This document shows positions 1 to 12,169 of a stretch of 64,000 nucleotides of DNA, in pieces. Made by a program: the position numbers and the translations under genes. The number at the start of each line of letters is the position of its first letter. The first letter of the stretch is position 1. The DNA is from Setoptus koraiensis (lineage: Eukaryota; Animalia; Arthropoda): positions 6,510,001 through 6,574,000 of the forward strand of contig CM106585.1 in NCBI GenBank assembly GCA_048013815.1. The letters run 5' to 3'. The notes under the pieces are model-generated. The model did not search any database. It was given only the letters and a program-made list of their open reading frames with translations, and was not told the origin of the DNA.

Positions 1-2481
1 ATCGATAGTAATAACAATAATCTACAACAGAAGACGAAAAAGACACTTACGCGAAAGTCCAAATCAACACCAGGTCTAGCCGATACAGTTCAAATGGTAG
101 AGGCTTGGCGATCGTCGAATAATGATGACGAAGAAGATGATGATGACGATCGTTTGACTACCAGTAGTCAAGTTACCACCGGACAAATACAAACAGATAC
201 TGAGGACGCGAGTCGTTATGGTGTTAGAAATGGTAGTCGCACATCCAGCATAGTGCACCATCAAGAGTTCGATGACGACGATAACAACTCTGTTGGTGAT
301 TGTAGCGTTAATGAATCTGCAATTTCAAATATGAATAGGCAGCATGCCCCACACCGGATGAGTAATCTGCAACAGAGTAGGCAACATAAAGATCGTAAAT
401 TGCAAAACAAATTGTCCAAGAGTATGCATCATTTGAATTCTGGTGATTATCATGGCACAAACAATTCCAGAGCTTCGCCTTACAGCAACGGTTTTGATAT
501 CTACAATGGCCAATCACTACATAGTACATCATGTGCCGATATTAACAATGCTACCACACACCCTAATAATTGGATACGCGATGAATCTCAAATCAGCACA
601 CAAATTCCTGGGCCCATCAATGGACCCTATACAAGTAGGGTACCTTCATATCCTGCACAAAGTATGATAAATGGAGTCACTGGCCACAATGGAGGAACTT
701 TGCGCAGCATCAAATCACTTGCAGCGAATTCTATTGCATCAACTTTATTAAAGAGTAAGCGTCATGCAAAGGCTATGTCAACTTCCTCTTCACACATAAG
801 TCCAGAAATGTTGCCGAAACAGGTGCCTATGATGATGGGACCGCACGGACCGATTCCTATGCTATACCCGATGCCAATTCCACAAAATATACGCTCACAA
901 ATAAATGGTTCTCAAACTTTAAGACCGCCATCCAGACACATGGTGCCTATTGTTGGAGGGCCACCGAGTATGCCCCCTCTTAGTTCTAAGGAAATAAAAA
1001 AACTGATAAAAAAAGGAGCCAAACTTGGTTTGGATCCCTCAAAGTTCGGCACTATAAATATGATTCCCCCGAGGCCTGGACCAATGCTTCCTCCTCAGCA
1101 GCAAGTCATGAGTCAGAATATATTTAATAACAGTACACCTATACCTGTCACTAATGGTTACGATACTAGAGGGGACACTTTACCTAATTTTCCGAGGAAT
1201 ATACCAGCACAATTTGATGATGTGGATTCTGGACAACCACGGGGCAGATTCCCTATTATGGCGCCTGTCAGACCCTCGCCAGAATTTCTTAAATCTAAAG
1301 AGGGGAAAAAATGGTTTAAGCAACAAAAAGAGTTGAAAAAACTACTTCCCCCACACCTAGGAAACTTACCAATAGTTTTGGGCGCCCCACCTCCTTTGGA
1401 TGGTGAACCTTTATTGACCCCAAACGTTGTTCACTTTCAGCCTTCTCCACTACCAAAGACAAACTACATGTCGCATGCCGGTCCACAGATGGGAATGCCA
1501 GATCAGTGCATACCTATACCCACGATGGATAGTTCCGGATACTATAACCCTCATCCTTTTTATGGTGCAAACACAAATGGAAATAGCACATCCAATACTA
1601 TGATGCGATACTCTCCTAATTCTGAGTATATTAAAAACGATTCAGGTCAGATAGCTCGACGAATTCCTACTCATATGGACAACTCTGTCGATCAAAATAG
1701 ATTTACGCATCAACAACAATTCTTCGATCAGAACGGAGGTCAAAACTTTTTAGGAGAAAGTTCTAGCGTAAATTTTAGCAATGTTGGCGATAGTGATTCA
1801 TACTATGGTGCAGACCAAACAAATAGATATCCTCCCAGGTACAGAGTGCCGATGCGACCGCCTGTAACGAATTATACGGACGAGGGAATGCCATTAGATC
1901 ATCATGAAAAACAATACTCACATATGAACGGTGGTCCGAACGGAGCCTCATCATCCAGATCCGTGCATTCCTACAGAACCTCAAAATCAAGATCAAGCTC
2001 GAAGAGTCGTCTGAATAGTGATGATCAGCATAATATGAGCCAATCAGACTACACTAATCACCGACAACCATCGATAGAGCACCAGGACCAAATGTTGTCC
2101 TCTACCGATGATCAAAACAGTTATAGTTCGGGCATATACAAGAAAGGTCACATAAATGAGCGCGCATTCAGTTATTCAATTCGTCAGGAGCATAGATCAC
2201 GAGGCGATCTTACAAATATTGATTTCGTGAACAATAAATCATGCGAAATTGCTCCTGATGATGTGCAACAAAATTACCGAAGAGATTATCAACAAATGAA
2301 TGCTCAGCAACATCACCCAAATGAAAATCAGCTAAGGCAGAACGGATATGTTCACTATAATGGAGTTGATGATCAACAGAAATATCAAGCAATGTCTGTC
2401 AACGAATTGTCAGCAAGGTTAGAGCACCAAATGAACATGAGATCGTTCAAATCAAAGTCAAGATCAAGAGAAAGGTTATAA
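1..2481 (+). CDS. 3' part of a large unidentified protein (low-complexity Pro/Met/Asn/Ser-rich C-terminal region); frame is open to the window start
   Basis: Frame 1 is open from base 1 (IDSNNNNLQQK...) through the 795-aa ORF. It is mostly low complexity, with one conserved-looking block SSGIYKKGHINERAFSYSIRQEHRSR near the end. Confidence 0.75.
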   Translation: MDSNNNNLQQKTKKTLTRKSKSTPGLADTVQMVEAWRSSNNDDEEDDDDDRLTTSSQVTTGQIQTDTEDASRYGVRNGSRTSSIVHHQEFDDDDNNSVGDCSVNESAISNMNRQHAPHRMSNLQQSRQHKDRKLQNKLSKSMHHLNSGDYHGTNNSRASPYSNGFDIYNGQSLHSTSCADINNATTHPNNWIRDESQISTQIPGPINGPYTSRVPSYPAQSMINGVTGHNGGTLRSIKSLAANSIASTLLKSKRHAKAMSTSSSHISPEMLPKQVPMMMGPHGPIPMLYPMPIPQNIRSQINGSQTLRPPSRHMVPIVGGPPSMPPLSSKEIKKLIKKGAKLGLDPSKFGTINMIPPRPGPMLPPQQQVMSQNIFNNSTPIPVTNGYDTRGDTLPNFPRNIPAQFDDVDSGQPRGRFPIMAPVRPSPEFLKSKEGKKWFKQQKELKKLLPPHLGNLPIVLGAPPPLDGEPLLTPNVVHFQPSPLPKTNYMSHAGPQMGMPDQCIPIPTMDSSGYYNPHPFYGANTNGNSTSNTMMRYSPNSEYIKNDSGQIARRIPTHMDNSVDQNRFTHQQQFFDQNGGQNFLGESSSVNFSNVGDSDSYYGADQTNRYPPRYRVPMRPPVTNYTDEGMPLDHHEKQYSHMNGGPNGASSSRSVHSYRTSKSRSSSKSRLNSDDQHNMSQSDYTNHRQPSIEHQDQMLSSTDDQNSYSSGIYKKGHINERAFSYSIRQEHRSRGDLTNIDFVNNKSCEIAPDDVQQNYRRDYQQMNAQQHHPNENQLRQNGYVHYNGVDDQQKYQAMSVNELSARLEHQMNMRSFKSKSRSRERL

Positions 2482-2646
2482 ACAACTAAAATAAAGTTAG
2501 ATTTGTTAAAGGATGGAACCAAAAAGCTCAGAACTTCCCTACCTGTTGAGGACTTAACTCGGTTTCTCGCATTTTCAAATTCTGTTACATAATATATCCA
2601 TTGATTGAAATTGAAATCACACCTCTCTACAGTGACAAATGATTGT

Positions 2647-2907
2647 TTAATAGTCCTTTCGGCCGCGAAATCTCAATCTATTGTCTAACAGGCTTCTTTT
2701 ACATTCGAACAGTAGAACTCGCAATTGTTCGCATTCGAGAGGGACCTCGTGGTCTTTGAAACATTGCTTGACGGATTTTTTGTGAATTGAAACACATTCG
2801 GTATTCAACATGCAAAGCTTGAAATCCTTCCTAATCTCTGAGCATGGTTTGCTTTTGGCTGATTTGACCGCCTCCTCATCAGCGTCCTCCGGATAAACTC
2901 GAGGCAT
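2647..2907 (-). CDS. COA5: Cytochrome c oxidase assembly factor 5 (Pet191), 86 aa
   Basis: Twin CX9C-type pattern and C-terminal FECKRSLLDNRLRFRGRKDY; ATG at 2907 (MPRVYPED). Confidence 0.92.
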   Translation of the reverse strand: MPRVYPEDADEEAVKSAKSKPCSEIRKDFKLCMLNTECVSIHKKSVKQCFKDHEVPLECEQLRVLLFECKRSLLDNRLRFRGRKDY

Positions 2908-3240
2908 AATGTGCAGTGAAGGACACGATTGATTGTACACTAGTACACCGGTTGATACATACCAGGGCTTGTAGATGATTTATCTGCCACAAATCTATAG
3001 AATTCCATAGAATTTCTTTGATTGTGCGCACTGCGCAGAATCAAAGCTAAGTTTTTGTGCCGCGCCGGATTTTTATCGATCACATGTTTTTTAGAGAATA
3101 GTGTTGTTGTCATTTTGCTGTAATCTCGCTATCTCATAATTTTTTCACTTGACACCATACTGGAACTTCCAACAAATAGAGGGGTTGTATTTATTTTCGA
3201 ATACCCCATAGAATATTAGGGGCACCTCATAAGTGGCGTC

Positions 3241-5460
3241 ATGGCTCAGGCAAACTGGAGACCGATGAGTATTCTACCATGCAGTGAGGAATTAGAAATC
3301 AATGAACCGCTAGTAGCTAATATTTTGTATGAGAAGGCCCTCGTTAAGAATCCTAGAAGTTACAAATTATGGAAAGCATATTTGGCGCACCGTGTCAGAC
3401 AGTTGAAGGGCAAGAAACTAGATGATGCTATGTTTGAGGAGGTCAATTTTTGTTTTGAGCGATCTATTGTATTCATGCATAAGATGCCCAGGATTTGGAT
3501 CAATTATTGTCAGCTATTAACGAAGCAATTACTCATCACAAAGACACGGCGGACATTTGACCGAGCCCTGGAAGCGCTGCCTATAACCCAACATTTTAGA
3601 ATTTGGCCTTTTTATATCGAATTTATAAAATCTAACCATGTGCCACCGGAGACATCTGTTAGGGTATTCAAGCGCTACATGAAATTGAAGCCTGAGGATG
3701 GCGAAGATTTTCTTGATTATTTAATTCGAGTTGGCCGCTTAGATGAGGCCGCTGTTCTCTTGTGTGACATTATAAATTTGGAGAGATTTCAATCAAAACA
3801 TAATAAGACCAAATATCAATTGTGGAACGAATTATGCGAAATGATTTGCAAGAATGCTGATCAAATTACATCTTTAGAAGTCGACGTTATCATCAGAGAT
3901 GGCATTAGTAGGTATCGCGATCAACAAGGATATCTGTGGAACTCGCTGGCAGAGTATTATATCAGATTGGGTCTATTTACCAAAGCGCGTGATATTTATG
4001 AGGAAGCACTAGAAAAAGTCATGACTATAAGAGACTTCGCCCAAGTCTACGATGCCTATGCGCAAACTGAAGAGTCATACAATGAACGTCTGTTGGAGCG
4101 CTTAGGTTCGGGTGAATCTCCCGACGACGATGACAATGACGACATTGACTTGGAGATTAGATTGGCCAGATATGAGGATTTAGTTCAACGGAGGCCGTTA
4201 CTCTTGAATAGTGTCGCTCTCAGACAGAATCCGCACAATGTAAATGAATGGCAAAAAAGGATAAAATTATATGGTGATGACCACAAGAAGGTCATTGAGA
4301 CCTACACAAAGGCATTGAAAACAATCGATCCCAAGCAAGCGGTAGGGAAATACGAAAATCTGTGGATCGAGTTTGCCAAATTTTATGAGACGCACGATCA
4401 ATTGGATGATGCTAGATATATATTCGAGAAGGCAACTCAAAGTAACTTTGTCAGAGTTGACGATTTGGCGACTGTCTGGTGTCAATATGTTGAGATGGAG
4501 CTACGTCATGACAATTTCGACAAAGCACAAAAACTCATACGAAAAGCAACCTCTCCGCCGCCGGGAAAAACTAAGGCTGATCTCTATGATCTCAATCAAC
4601 CTGTACAATCCAGAATATTCAAATGTTTAAAATTATGGCTTCTGTACGCTGACATTGAGGAAAATTTCGGCAGTTACGACTCAACTAAGGCCGTATATGA
4701 AAGAATAATTGATCTTAGGATAGCAACTCCTCAAGTCATCATCAACTACGCTTCATTTCTGGAAGAGCACAAATACTTTGAAGAATCATTCAAGGCGTTC
4801 GAAAAAGGGCTATCATTATTTAGATGGCCTAATGTTTATGATGTTTGGAGGACATACGTTACGAAATTTCTCGCCAGATATGGTTCGCAAAAGCTCGAGA
4901 GAGCCAGAGATTTGTTCGAGCAATGTATCAAAGATTGTCCTCCCAAGTATGCTAAAGAGTTCTATCTTAAGTACGCTAAGTTAGAGGAGACACATGGATT
5001 GGCCAAAAGAGCTATGGATATTTACAATAGATCTACGGATGCGGTCGAGCCAGGCCAAAGAGCCGAGATGTTCAAAATCTATATACGAAAAGTCTCTCAA
5101 CTCTTTGGTTCAACACAAACGCGAGGTATTTATCAGAAAGCTATACAGTCATTGCCCGATCACGAGGCCAAACATTTCTGTTTTGAATACGCCAATCTCG
5201 AAAAGGGATTAATGGAAATAGACAATGCGAGAGCAATTTATGCTAATTGTAGTCAAATGTGCGATCCTAGAATAGACAAAGAATTCTGGCAAACCTGGTT
5301 GGAATTCGAGACTAAGTTCGGAAATGAAGATACCATAGCAGAAATGTTGCGCATCCAAAGAAGTGTTAAGGCTTTGTTTCCTCGCCAAGTATTTTTATCT
5401 GACACCACCAAAGCCATCACCACAGATCCCCCAACAAACACTAGTAACGATCAAAGTTAA
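3241..5460 (+). CDS. XAB2: Pre-mRNA splicing factor SYF1/XAB2 (HAT repeats), intronless, 739 aa
   Basis: Motifs FERSIVFMHKMPRIW, RRPLLLNSVALRQNPHNVNEW and GLSLFRWPNVYDVWRTY. Confidence 0.97.
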   Translation: MAQANWRPMSILPCSEELEINEPLVANILYEKALVKNPRSYKLWKAYLAHRVRQLKGKKLDDAMFEEVNFCFERSIVFMHKMPRIWINYCQLLTKQLLITKTRRTFDRALEALPITQHFRIWPFYIEFIKSNHVPPETSVRVFKRYMKLKPEDGEDFLDYLIRVGRLDEAAVLLCDIINLERFQSKHNKTKYQLWNELCEMICKNADQITSLEVDVIIRDGISRYRDQQGYLWNSLAEYYIRLGLFTKARDIYEEALEKVMTIRDFAQVYDAYAQTEESYNERLLERLGSGESPDDDDNDDIDLEIRLARYEDLVQRRPLLLNSVALRQNPHNVNEWQKRIKLYGDDHKKVIETYTKALKTIDPKQAVGKYENLWIEFAKFYETHDQLDDARYIFEKATQSNFVRVDDLATVWCQYVEMELRHDNFDKAQKLIRKATSPPPGKTKADLYDLNQPVQSRIFKCLKLWLLYADIEENFGSYDSTKAVYERIIDLRIATPQVIINYASFLEEHKYFEESFKAFEKGLSLFRWPNVYDVWRTYVTKFLARYGSQKLERARDLFEQCIKDCPPKYAKEFYLKYAKLEETHGLAKRAMDIYNRSTDAVEPGQRAEMFKIYIRKVSQLFGSTQTRGIYQKAIQSLPDHEAKHFCFEYANLEKGLMEIDNARAIYANCSQMCDPRIDKEFWQTWLEFETKFGNEDTIAEMLRIQRSVKALFPRQVFLSDTTKAITTDPPTNTSNDQS

Positions 5461-6937
5461 TACAATGCAACACTCGAATTCGAAAGAGCAAGTCGCTTTC
5501 TTCTGAGTGGAGCATGTACATTGTTCTTGAATCATTCAAAATTAATACAATAGCTATTTTTTTAAATACTAATATGATGATGATTGAAAACATAATTTAA
5601 TAAGGATCTTTGGGTTTCGTTGTCTAACACTTCTGCTTTGCGCTTCACTCATGATACTGCTATTCAAAGACCAAGTGGAATTAGGATTGAAAACAACTTG
5701 ATGATTTTCTCGAATGAAGATGCACAATCAAAAGATTCATCAAAGATGGCATGAATAAGAAAAGAGGTCAATAAGTCGAGATGACGAGAGAATGGTAATC
5801 GAAAAGAAAAAGAAAGAATCAAACAGTAAGCCTATTGAGGTCAATATGATAGGATGAGTAGAGTATCCAAATAACTGGAAATAGCAATGTTCTCGTCTAT
5901 ATGTGGTCGGTTGTGTTCTTCTGTGAACGGCCAATGCTTCAAACAACTTGAAGATATATTGTTTATCATATTGCCTTATAACAAGTGATAGTTCAATTAG
6001 ACAAACACTAACTTTTGTTGAACCGTTCAATGGTTTTGACGACTTGTATTTTGCCATTTTTTCTTGTTTTCATAGATTACACAATCGCCTATTTTGATCT
6101 TCAACCGCCAGGAATGATCAATCAAAAACTGACTGTCAGAGCCATGGAGCTATTGTGTAAGAGTTTGCTCACCAACTCAGGAAGCAGCGGGAATCTAGAA
6201 TTGCGTAAGAGTTCCACAACAAGAGAAAAGCAGTAGGAATAGATCAATAGCAGAACGTTTTCATTCTAATGTCATATCTCATGTTCATCTTTGAGAGGCG
6301 ATTCTCTCTCGTTAGATTTTCCATCTATATCGAATCACTCTCTTATGGATTACGTATTCAAATCCTGCCTCTTTCTATTCCATGGAGCTCGACTAGTAAG
6401 AGATGAAGATGCATTTGCCGCAGTTTCTGCGCTGATCAACTTGACTTGAGATCAACTGATGGCAACTACTTTTGTTATTGCTTATTGTAGCGATGTGTTC
6501 CATAACGACCTCAATATAGAAAAAGTCGAAGTCAGCCAGAGAAATCAGGGTTAATCGGCCAATGTCTAGCTGTTACCCTGCATTCAATTCGATATAACTC
6601 AATATGTGTTCAAATGATTGAAGAATTATCTACTTTTTTTAGTTTATTGGTGTTATTCTATTATTTACGTTTACATCGATTTAAATATAAAATAAATAAG
6701 ATTGTGTGTTACAAATTAAACTGAGAATAGACAAATTGTATTAAGTATATAGTTTTAAATAATGAGTTGGTATAAATAAATTAAGTGCAAATGATTGAAT
6801 CATTTATAGATTTGTGTATGGTGATTTTGTATCAATCTTGTCTATTATTGACTTAATTGGATGTCATAAACGTGCAATCTAAGTCGATAAATTGATCTTA
6901 GCATCTTAGCAACCAACAAGTCTTAACGCGGTAAGCC

Positions 6938-9900
6938 TTAATGTACATTGGTGCTACCAATTAATAGACTGTCCATGTAATGAGTGGCTTGGCCCAATCC
7001 AACTTGATGTAAGATGGTGGAAAATAGTAGACGATTCTGTGCATAACTATCTGACACATAATCTATAACGTGATTTATATTGGCTGCTGTTGATGGCTTT
7101 TGTGGTTTACTAATGTGCTGATCAACACTTCTAGTCTTCCTAGAAAGACTCGAGCTTGACGATGGTGAAGATTGGCTGGCTTGTTGACTTGGCGACTTTG
7201 ACTCTGACGTTTGTTTGTTGGCAGATACGACTAAATCGGGTGAATCATCTGAACGGCTGTTGGCGACTGATTGACTTGAGTGATCAACATGGAGACTGTC
7301 TGATTGATAAGACGTCGATTGTGACGAAGCTGCTGATGAATTGTCTGTCGCAGCTACTGACGAAGATGCCTTTGATTGCGCCTTAGATGATCGGTCATTT
7401 GCATTAGCTGCGGATGGATTTGTTTCCATAGGAGATAGGTCTGAGTCACTCGAGGGAGACTTTCTGCTATTCATTTGATCACCGTTAGACGATTTCGAGC
7501 TAACCACAGCTGAAGAGGAGACCGGATTTGATTGAGATGGCGAAGTTGAGTGACGCTGTAAGCTTGTGGTCAGTGTTTCCAAAAGAGCATGGGCTATTTT
7601 GTCAGCGGCCTTCATGATACCCGATGATGATGGCGAGTGTTGTTTTGATGGCGATTGCAATGAATCGGTGTTATAATTGAATTGAGCACCTCCATTGTGT
7701 GACGATGAGGTGGTTATCATCCTCTCAGATAGTGTGTTGCCACCTTGATTCTTTACTTTGTTGTTCGATGCAGCCGAAGATGAGGCGGCCGATGATGGAG
7801 CGGACACTTTGTTAGCGTTACCTGTCATAAATGCCGGCAAGAAGCTTGTATCTTTAATTAGTGCCTGTATTAAGCTCATCTTTTGATATTGCTCATAGGG
7901 GTTCACGGGTTTGCTAGCTGTCTGACCAGACGATGAAGCTGACGATGAACCAGAAGAGGTGGGCGATTGGGCCGGAGCTCGGCTAAAGTAGGATTTGAAT
8001 TTATTGATTACATGTGAATTGGACAAAACGTCGGCCGGTGCTGCTGCGCCCTTAGACTCGCTTGCTGAGCTGTGATGATACCCATAGCCATTCAAAATGT
8101 TATCACCGAGATAATCAAGAGGTTGATTACCCATAGTGCCAATTCTTTGGTTCAGAGTGCTACTGGTGCCACCAGAGGCAGATGCAGCAAGTTTTGCCGA
8201 GCCGCCCCCAAAGAACGACCTGGAAGACACAACGGGCTCATAATCGAGACTAGATTTTCGTTGAGCTACATCGGGTTGGTGTTGTTGTTGCTGACCGTTG
8301 GATTGTTGGCCAGGAAAACTGACTGAGCCAGCCGAATAAGCTTGTTGATTGTGGGCTGCGGGGCCGGCCGAAAACTGCTGCCCCTTGGGCCCAGTGAGCC
8401 CATTTGACTGTTGTTGTTGCTGCGGTTGTTGATGCATACGCTGATAGGCATTGACATATTGCTCCTGTCTTTGTTGATTGTTACCGTTATACCTGAACGG
8501 TACCTGGGTGTTCACAGGTAGAGATGGCATTTCTGGCGGGAAACGGCCAATAGGTGGCTCAGGTAAACTTGGTACAGGCAATGGCTGGATGGTTAGTTAA
8601 TGAAGAGAGCGAGAGAGCCACAGAGAAAAAAAAAAGAATGAGAATGAGATAAACGATTTTTTGCGCCATGCAGAGAGAATAACAAGAATAATTAGGTCGC
8701 TGCCTATCGATGCTTGCTTCGGTCGGAATGGCTGCTGCAAGTTCACAATTTTCCACATTCGGAGAGAGGCACTATCCTGCTACTTTGTAGACATAATAAT
8801 TATTCTAGGAAGTGTCAAGTTTGAACATGGCTAGACGCAAGCGACTCAAACGGCAACAAATTGGTGCAACCAAGTGTGTCCGGCAATCTACACTGATAAC
8901 AGCGGCGATTTAGCACTGTCAACAACTAGTTTTTACTCTATATTGCCTAACTGACCCTGATCAGCCGGACAGCAATGTTTGTTAATTGATAGCACTGCTC
9001 TGCGGGCTGTTGTTAGTTTCCTCCTCAGTAAGGTTCATCGGACACATGTAGTGGACACACACTCGCATGCCTTAACATTGAACCAGCTACGAACAAACAT
9101 TGCAATACTATTTTGCTAAAAATAACCAAGCTTGTTGGCCGTTCGCAGAACTAGATCAAATAGGGCTTCTTCGCCTGACGTGATAATGATGATATATCTA
9201 ATCAACAGGCTAGCTTGTTGTTATACTTACAGATATCGGCGATTCATAGAAAGCCATTAATGCCACTGCTCCGAGTAGCGCCGAAGCCACATAGGCCGGC
9301 ACAGAGTATTTGCTTTTCAATATTGACCGGACCGAAGCACCGATACCTGTTTAGAGGCGATGCAAGCAAAGTAGTAAAGCGGAGTGGGATAAAATCTTGA
9401 TTAGAAACTGATTATTTATGGTCACACACACACACAGCGGACACAGAGGGCAATAAAGTAGCGGCAAGATTGCACCAGATATTGCCGCCAGATTGCGTAT
9501 TGACTCACTTCGTGAAAAGCCGTTATTTGTAACATCCTTCAGCGAGCTCAACATGTCGCCCAATTTTGACGAGTGTTCCATTGACGAAGACTGTAAGCGT
9601 CTCTTGTCGGATTTTCGCATTGCGTCAGCAAATAGGTGTCGTTCAGCGATAGCCGAATAGGAATCGTGCTTTGATACATAGTGGCTGGGACTGGCGCCTC
9701 CGTTTGAGCCAGCTGAACCGCTCGATGCAGATTGGGACGATTTGGAGCTCGATGATGACGACGATTTGGGCGACAGCGACGACTTGCTGCTTGAGCTGGA
9801 TTTGTTTTGGCTGTTAGACGACGATGAGGATGATTTTGTTTCAATGGACGGCGAAGCTGCTGGCTCTGAGCTGGTGTCGAGAGCCTTCTTGCTGCTGGTG

Positions 9901-10778
9901 CTGGTCTTTTGGGCCGGCGAAGATTCGGCACTGTTGGCGGCCGACGACGCTGTCGAAGAGTCAACAGCCCTCGATTGACGCGAATTTGACTCTGAATTAG
10001 TTTCCCTAGTATCTTGCGATGACAGGGCCACTGCTTCCGCTGTTGGTGCCTTCTTTGGGGGCTCGATTGATTCCAAATCATGCGCTGATCTGTGTTTGTC
10101 TGCAGCTGAAGCTTGATTCGCAGATACTTCCGCTTTTGGCGATTCACCGGAAGATGACGACGATGGTTTCAGCGAATCAACAACACTGGCTAATGGCTGC
10201 TGTTTGCTAGTGGCGGCCGCCGCCGCTGATGCTGACGACAACTCGGTGACGATCTCGGCATTGTTGACAGACGCTTTAGGTGGAGCTGCCAAAGCTATGG
10301 AGGCCACTATCACTAACGATATGATCACTATTGTTAACAATAATGAGGACTTGATAAACTTTATTGGCTTCATATTGGTGGTCATCAACGTTGCTTGTAA
10401 TTTCGCAATTTGTTTTGCTGATGATAATTGAAATTGTTGGTTGTTGTTATGAAATAAATGCTTATGATTGCGTAATCGTCTATTGATCACACAAGTTACT
10501 TGTTTGGATTGGATAGCACTAGTGTTTTTTAAGTTGATCTGATTCTCTTTTGTATGATGATGATCTTGTTCAGTAAAGTGAGTGTCGCTTGAGCCTGAAC
10601 GAACTGATGCATAGGATGTATGATCAAGTTGGTCAAGATGCTTATAACTACTAATATCGGCGTTGCTGTTGTTGATGATCGTGATCTTTTCGTCTCCTCT
10701 CGCAGTACCTATCAAACTATTAATGCTGCTACTACTATCACTGAAACGCCTTGTCCTCCTCGTATCATCATCAGCCAT
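6938..10778 (-). CDS. Unidentified Ser/Gln-rich secreted or membrane protein; 3 exons (10778-9509, 9346-9231, 8584-6938)
   Basis: Two long ORFs join in frame through a 116-nt middle exon (SIGASVRSILKSKYSVPAYVASALLGAVALMAFYESPIS) with GTGAGT/AG and GTAAGT/AG splice sites. There is a hydrophobic signal-like segment LLLTIVIISLVIVASIALA. The start codon is uncertain (10778 or a downstream ATG). Confidence 0.7.
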
Positions 10779-11902
10779 ACTAATGTTAACCGTTAATCTT
10801 TCTCTCTTTACAACACCCGTTTGTTTATTGTGTGTGGACAACACAAGTTACACCAGGTCACCAGTAACTACTAGTAGTCGTTAATTAACCAACTAACTGA
10901 ACAAAGTTTTCTTTCGCAACTATGGCAGCAACAATTTTTTAATAAGAAAAAAAAAATGTGTTTTTGTGTGTCTGTATGTGTGTGTATGTGCTGAATTCAC
11001 CTGCAAGAGGAACTAGATGAAGGACACATATGCCTAGATGGAATATGGATTAGAATATGATAAATGAATAAAGTATAACGAGAGCTTTAGTAGGTTGGTT
11101 TTACTATTCACTAACTAGGAACTACCACTGCTGCCGCTGATGCTGATAGTGATGATGCTGACGATGATGATAATCATATTTAAACTGCTACCACTATTGC
11201 TGGTCTCTTCTCATAGTTTCTGTTGTAAGCATCACCTAATTATGAACCACTAGTTGATATCCTGAAAGTATCATCGTTGTCGTCATGAATATCATTGTCG
11301 TTGTTGTGTGTCTTCTTCTCCGGGGTAAATCTCTCACTCTGTGTCTCATAAAGATTATGTCTTTTGCCCCGGCGACTCTGGCTATCGGCAAACAAAAGTT
11401 GACGGAACATCCGCGACCAATGCTATATATCATCTAATCGGGTTACGTTGCACCGACTAAGGCGACTTATTTGCCGACATCAGCGCAGTTTGCCCTTCAA
11501 GCCGCTGATGAATCCAACCGAACGAAGCTAAACAAGAAAGTTAACGCTACTTGTGTCCGATAATAGCATTGGTAATAGTATTTTGGTAATAGTATTGTAG
11601 TTATGGCCATGTCTGAACTTTAGCCGTGCTACCACCGCTTGTTCTTCGTCGTTTGAGCTCTTTTTTACCTGCCAACTCAAAAACAAATATCCATAAATAC
11701 ATTCAACCGGTATTAACAGACTCAGTTGTAGTGTTTGCCGCTGGAACAAGTGGGTATAAGTTTGAGCTTTTTCAAGGTGAGACATGCAGACTTGCAAACA
11801 ACAACTCTTCTCTCGCAAACACACACACACACACTCACACACACACACTTACAAAACAACTTGTAACGGCTCAATACTTGTTGTGGTTGTTATATTGACC
11901 TC

Positions 11903-12169
11903 CTAAATGTGGAATAGGATAAGACTATCTGATGTTGCGCGACGATCACAATTGGGACAGATACAATTGTACTGCTTCTTTGTCTTGGTCAATGGCTGAC
12001 CAAACACATCTAAACCGGCCTCGTCCTTAATTTTGCATGACTCATCGCCGGCGTCCGTAAATATTAATCCCATCTTAGCCGCTCGATGAATTTGTAGGCA
12101 CTCACTGAATATCACATCGTCGATCAAATTAGCTAATATGTCATCTGGACTCGGGCCTGCGCTGGACAT
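11903..12169 (-). pseudogene. SGF11: SAGA DUB subunit Sgf11/ATXN7L3, N-terminal half only; stops inside the zinc finger
   Basis: DDILANLIDDVIFSECLQIHRAAKMG...GLDVFGQP...CICPNC is the Sgf11 N-domain. The expected RFAPHLEKC half is absent and a stop follows 14 codons after CPNC. Confidence 0.7.

Noticed and set aside
3025-3037. TGCGCACTGCGCA resembling an NRF1/EWG site in the COA5-XAB2 bidirectional promoter
   Set aside because: The spacing differs from the consensus by one base, and the evidence is too weak to call.
5569-6324. Minus-strand frame of ~252 codons interrupted only by TGA (8 times), suggesting Sec/Trp recoding or a NUMT
   Set aside because: The product resembles nothing, there is no SECIS or redox motif, neighbouring genes use TGA as stop, and such a run is plausible by chance in 64 kb.
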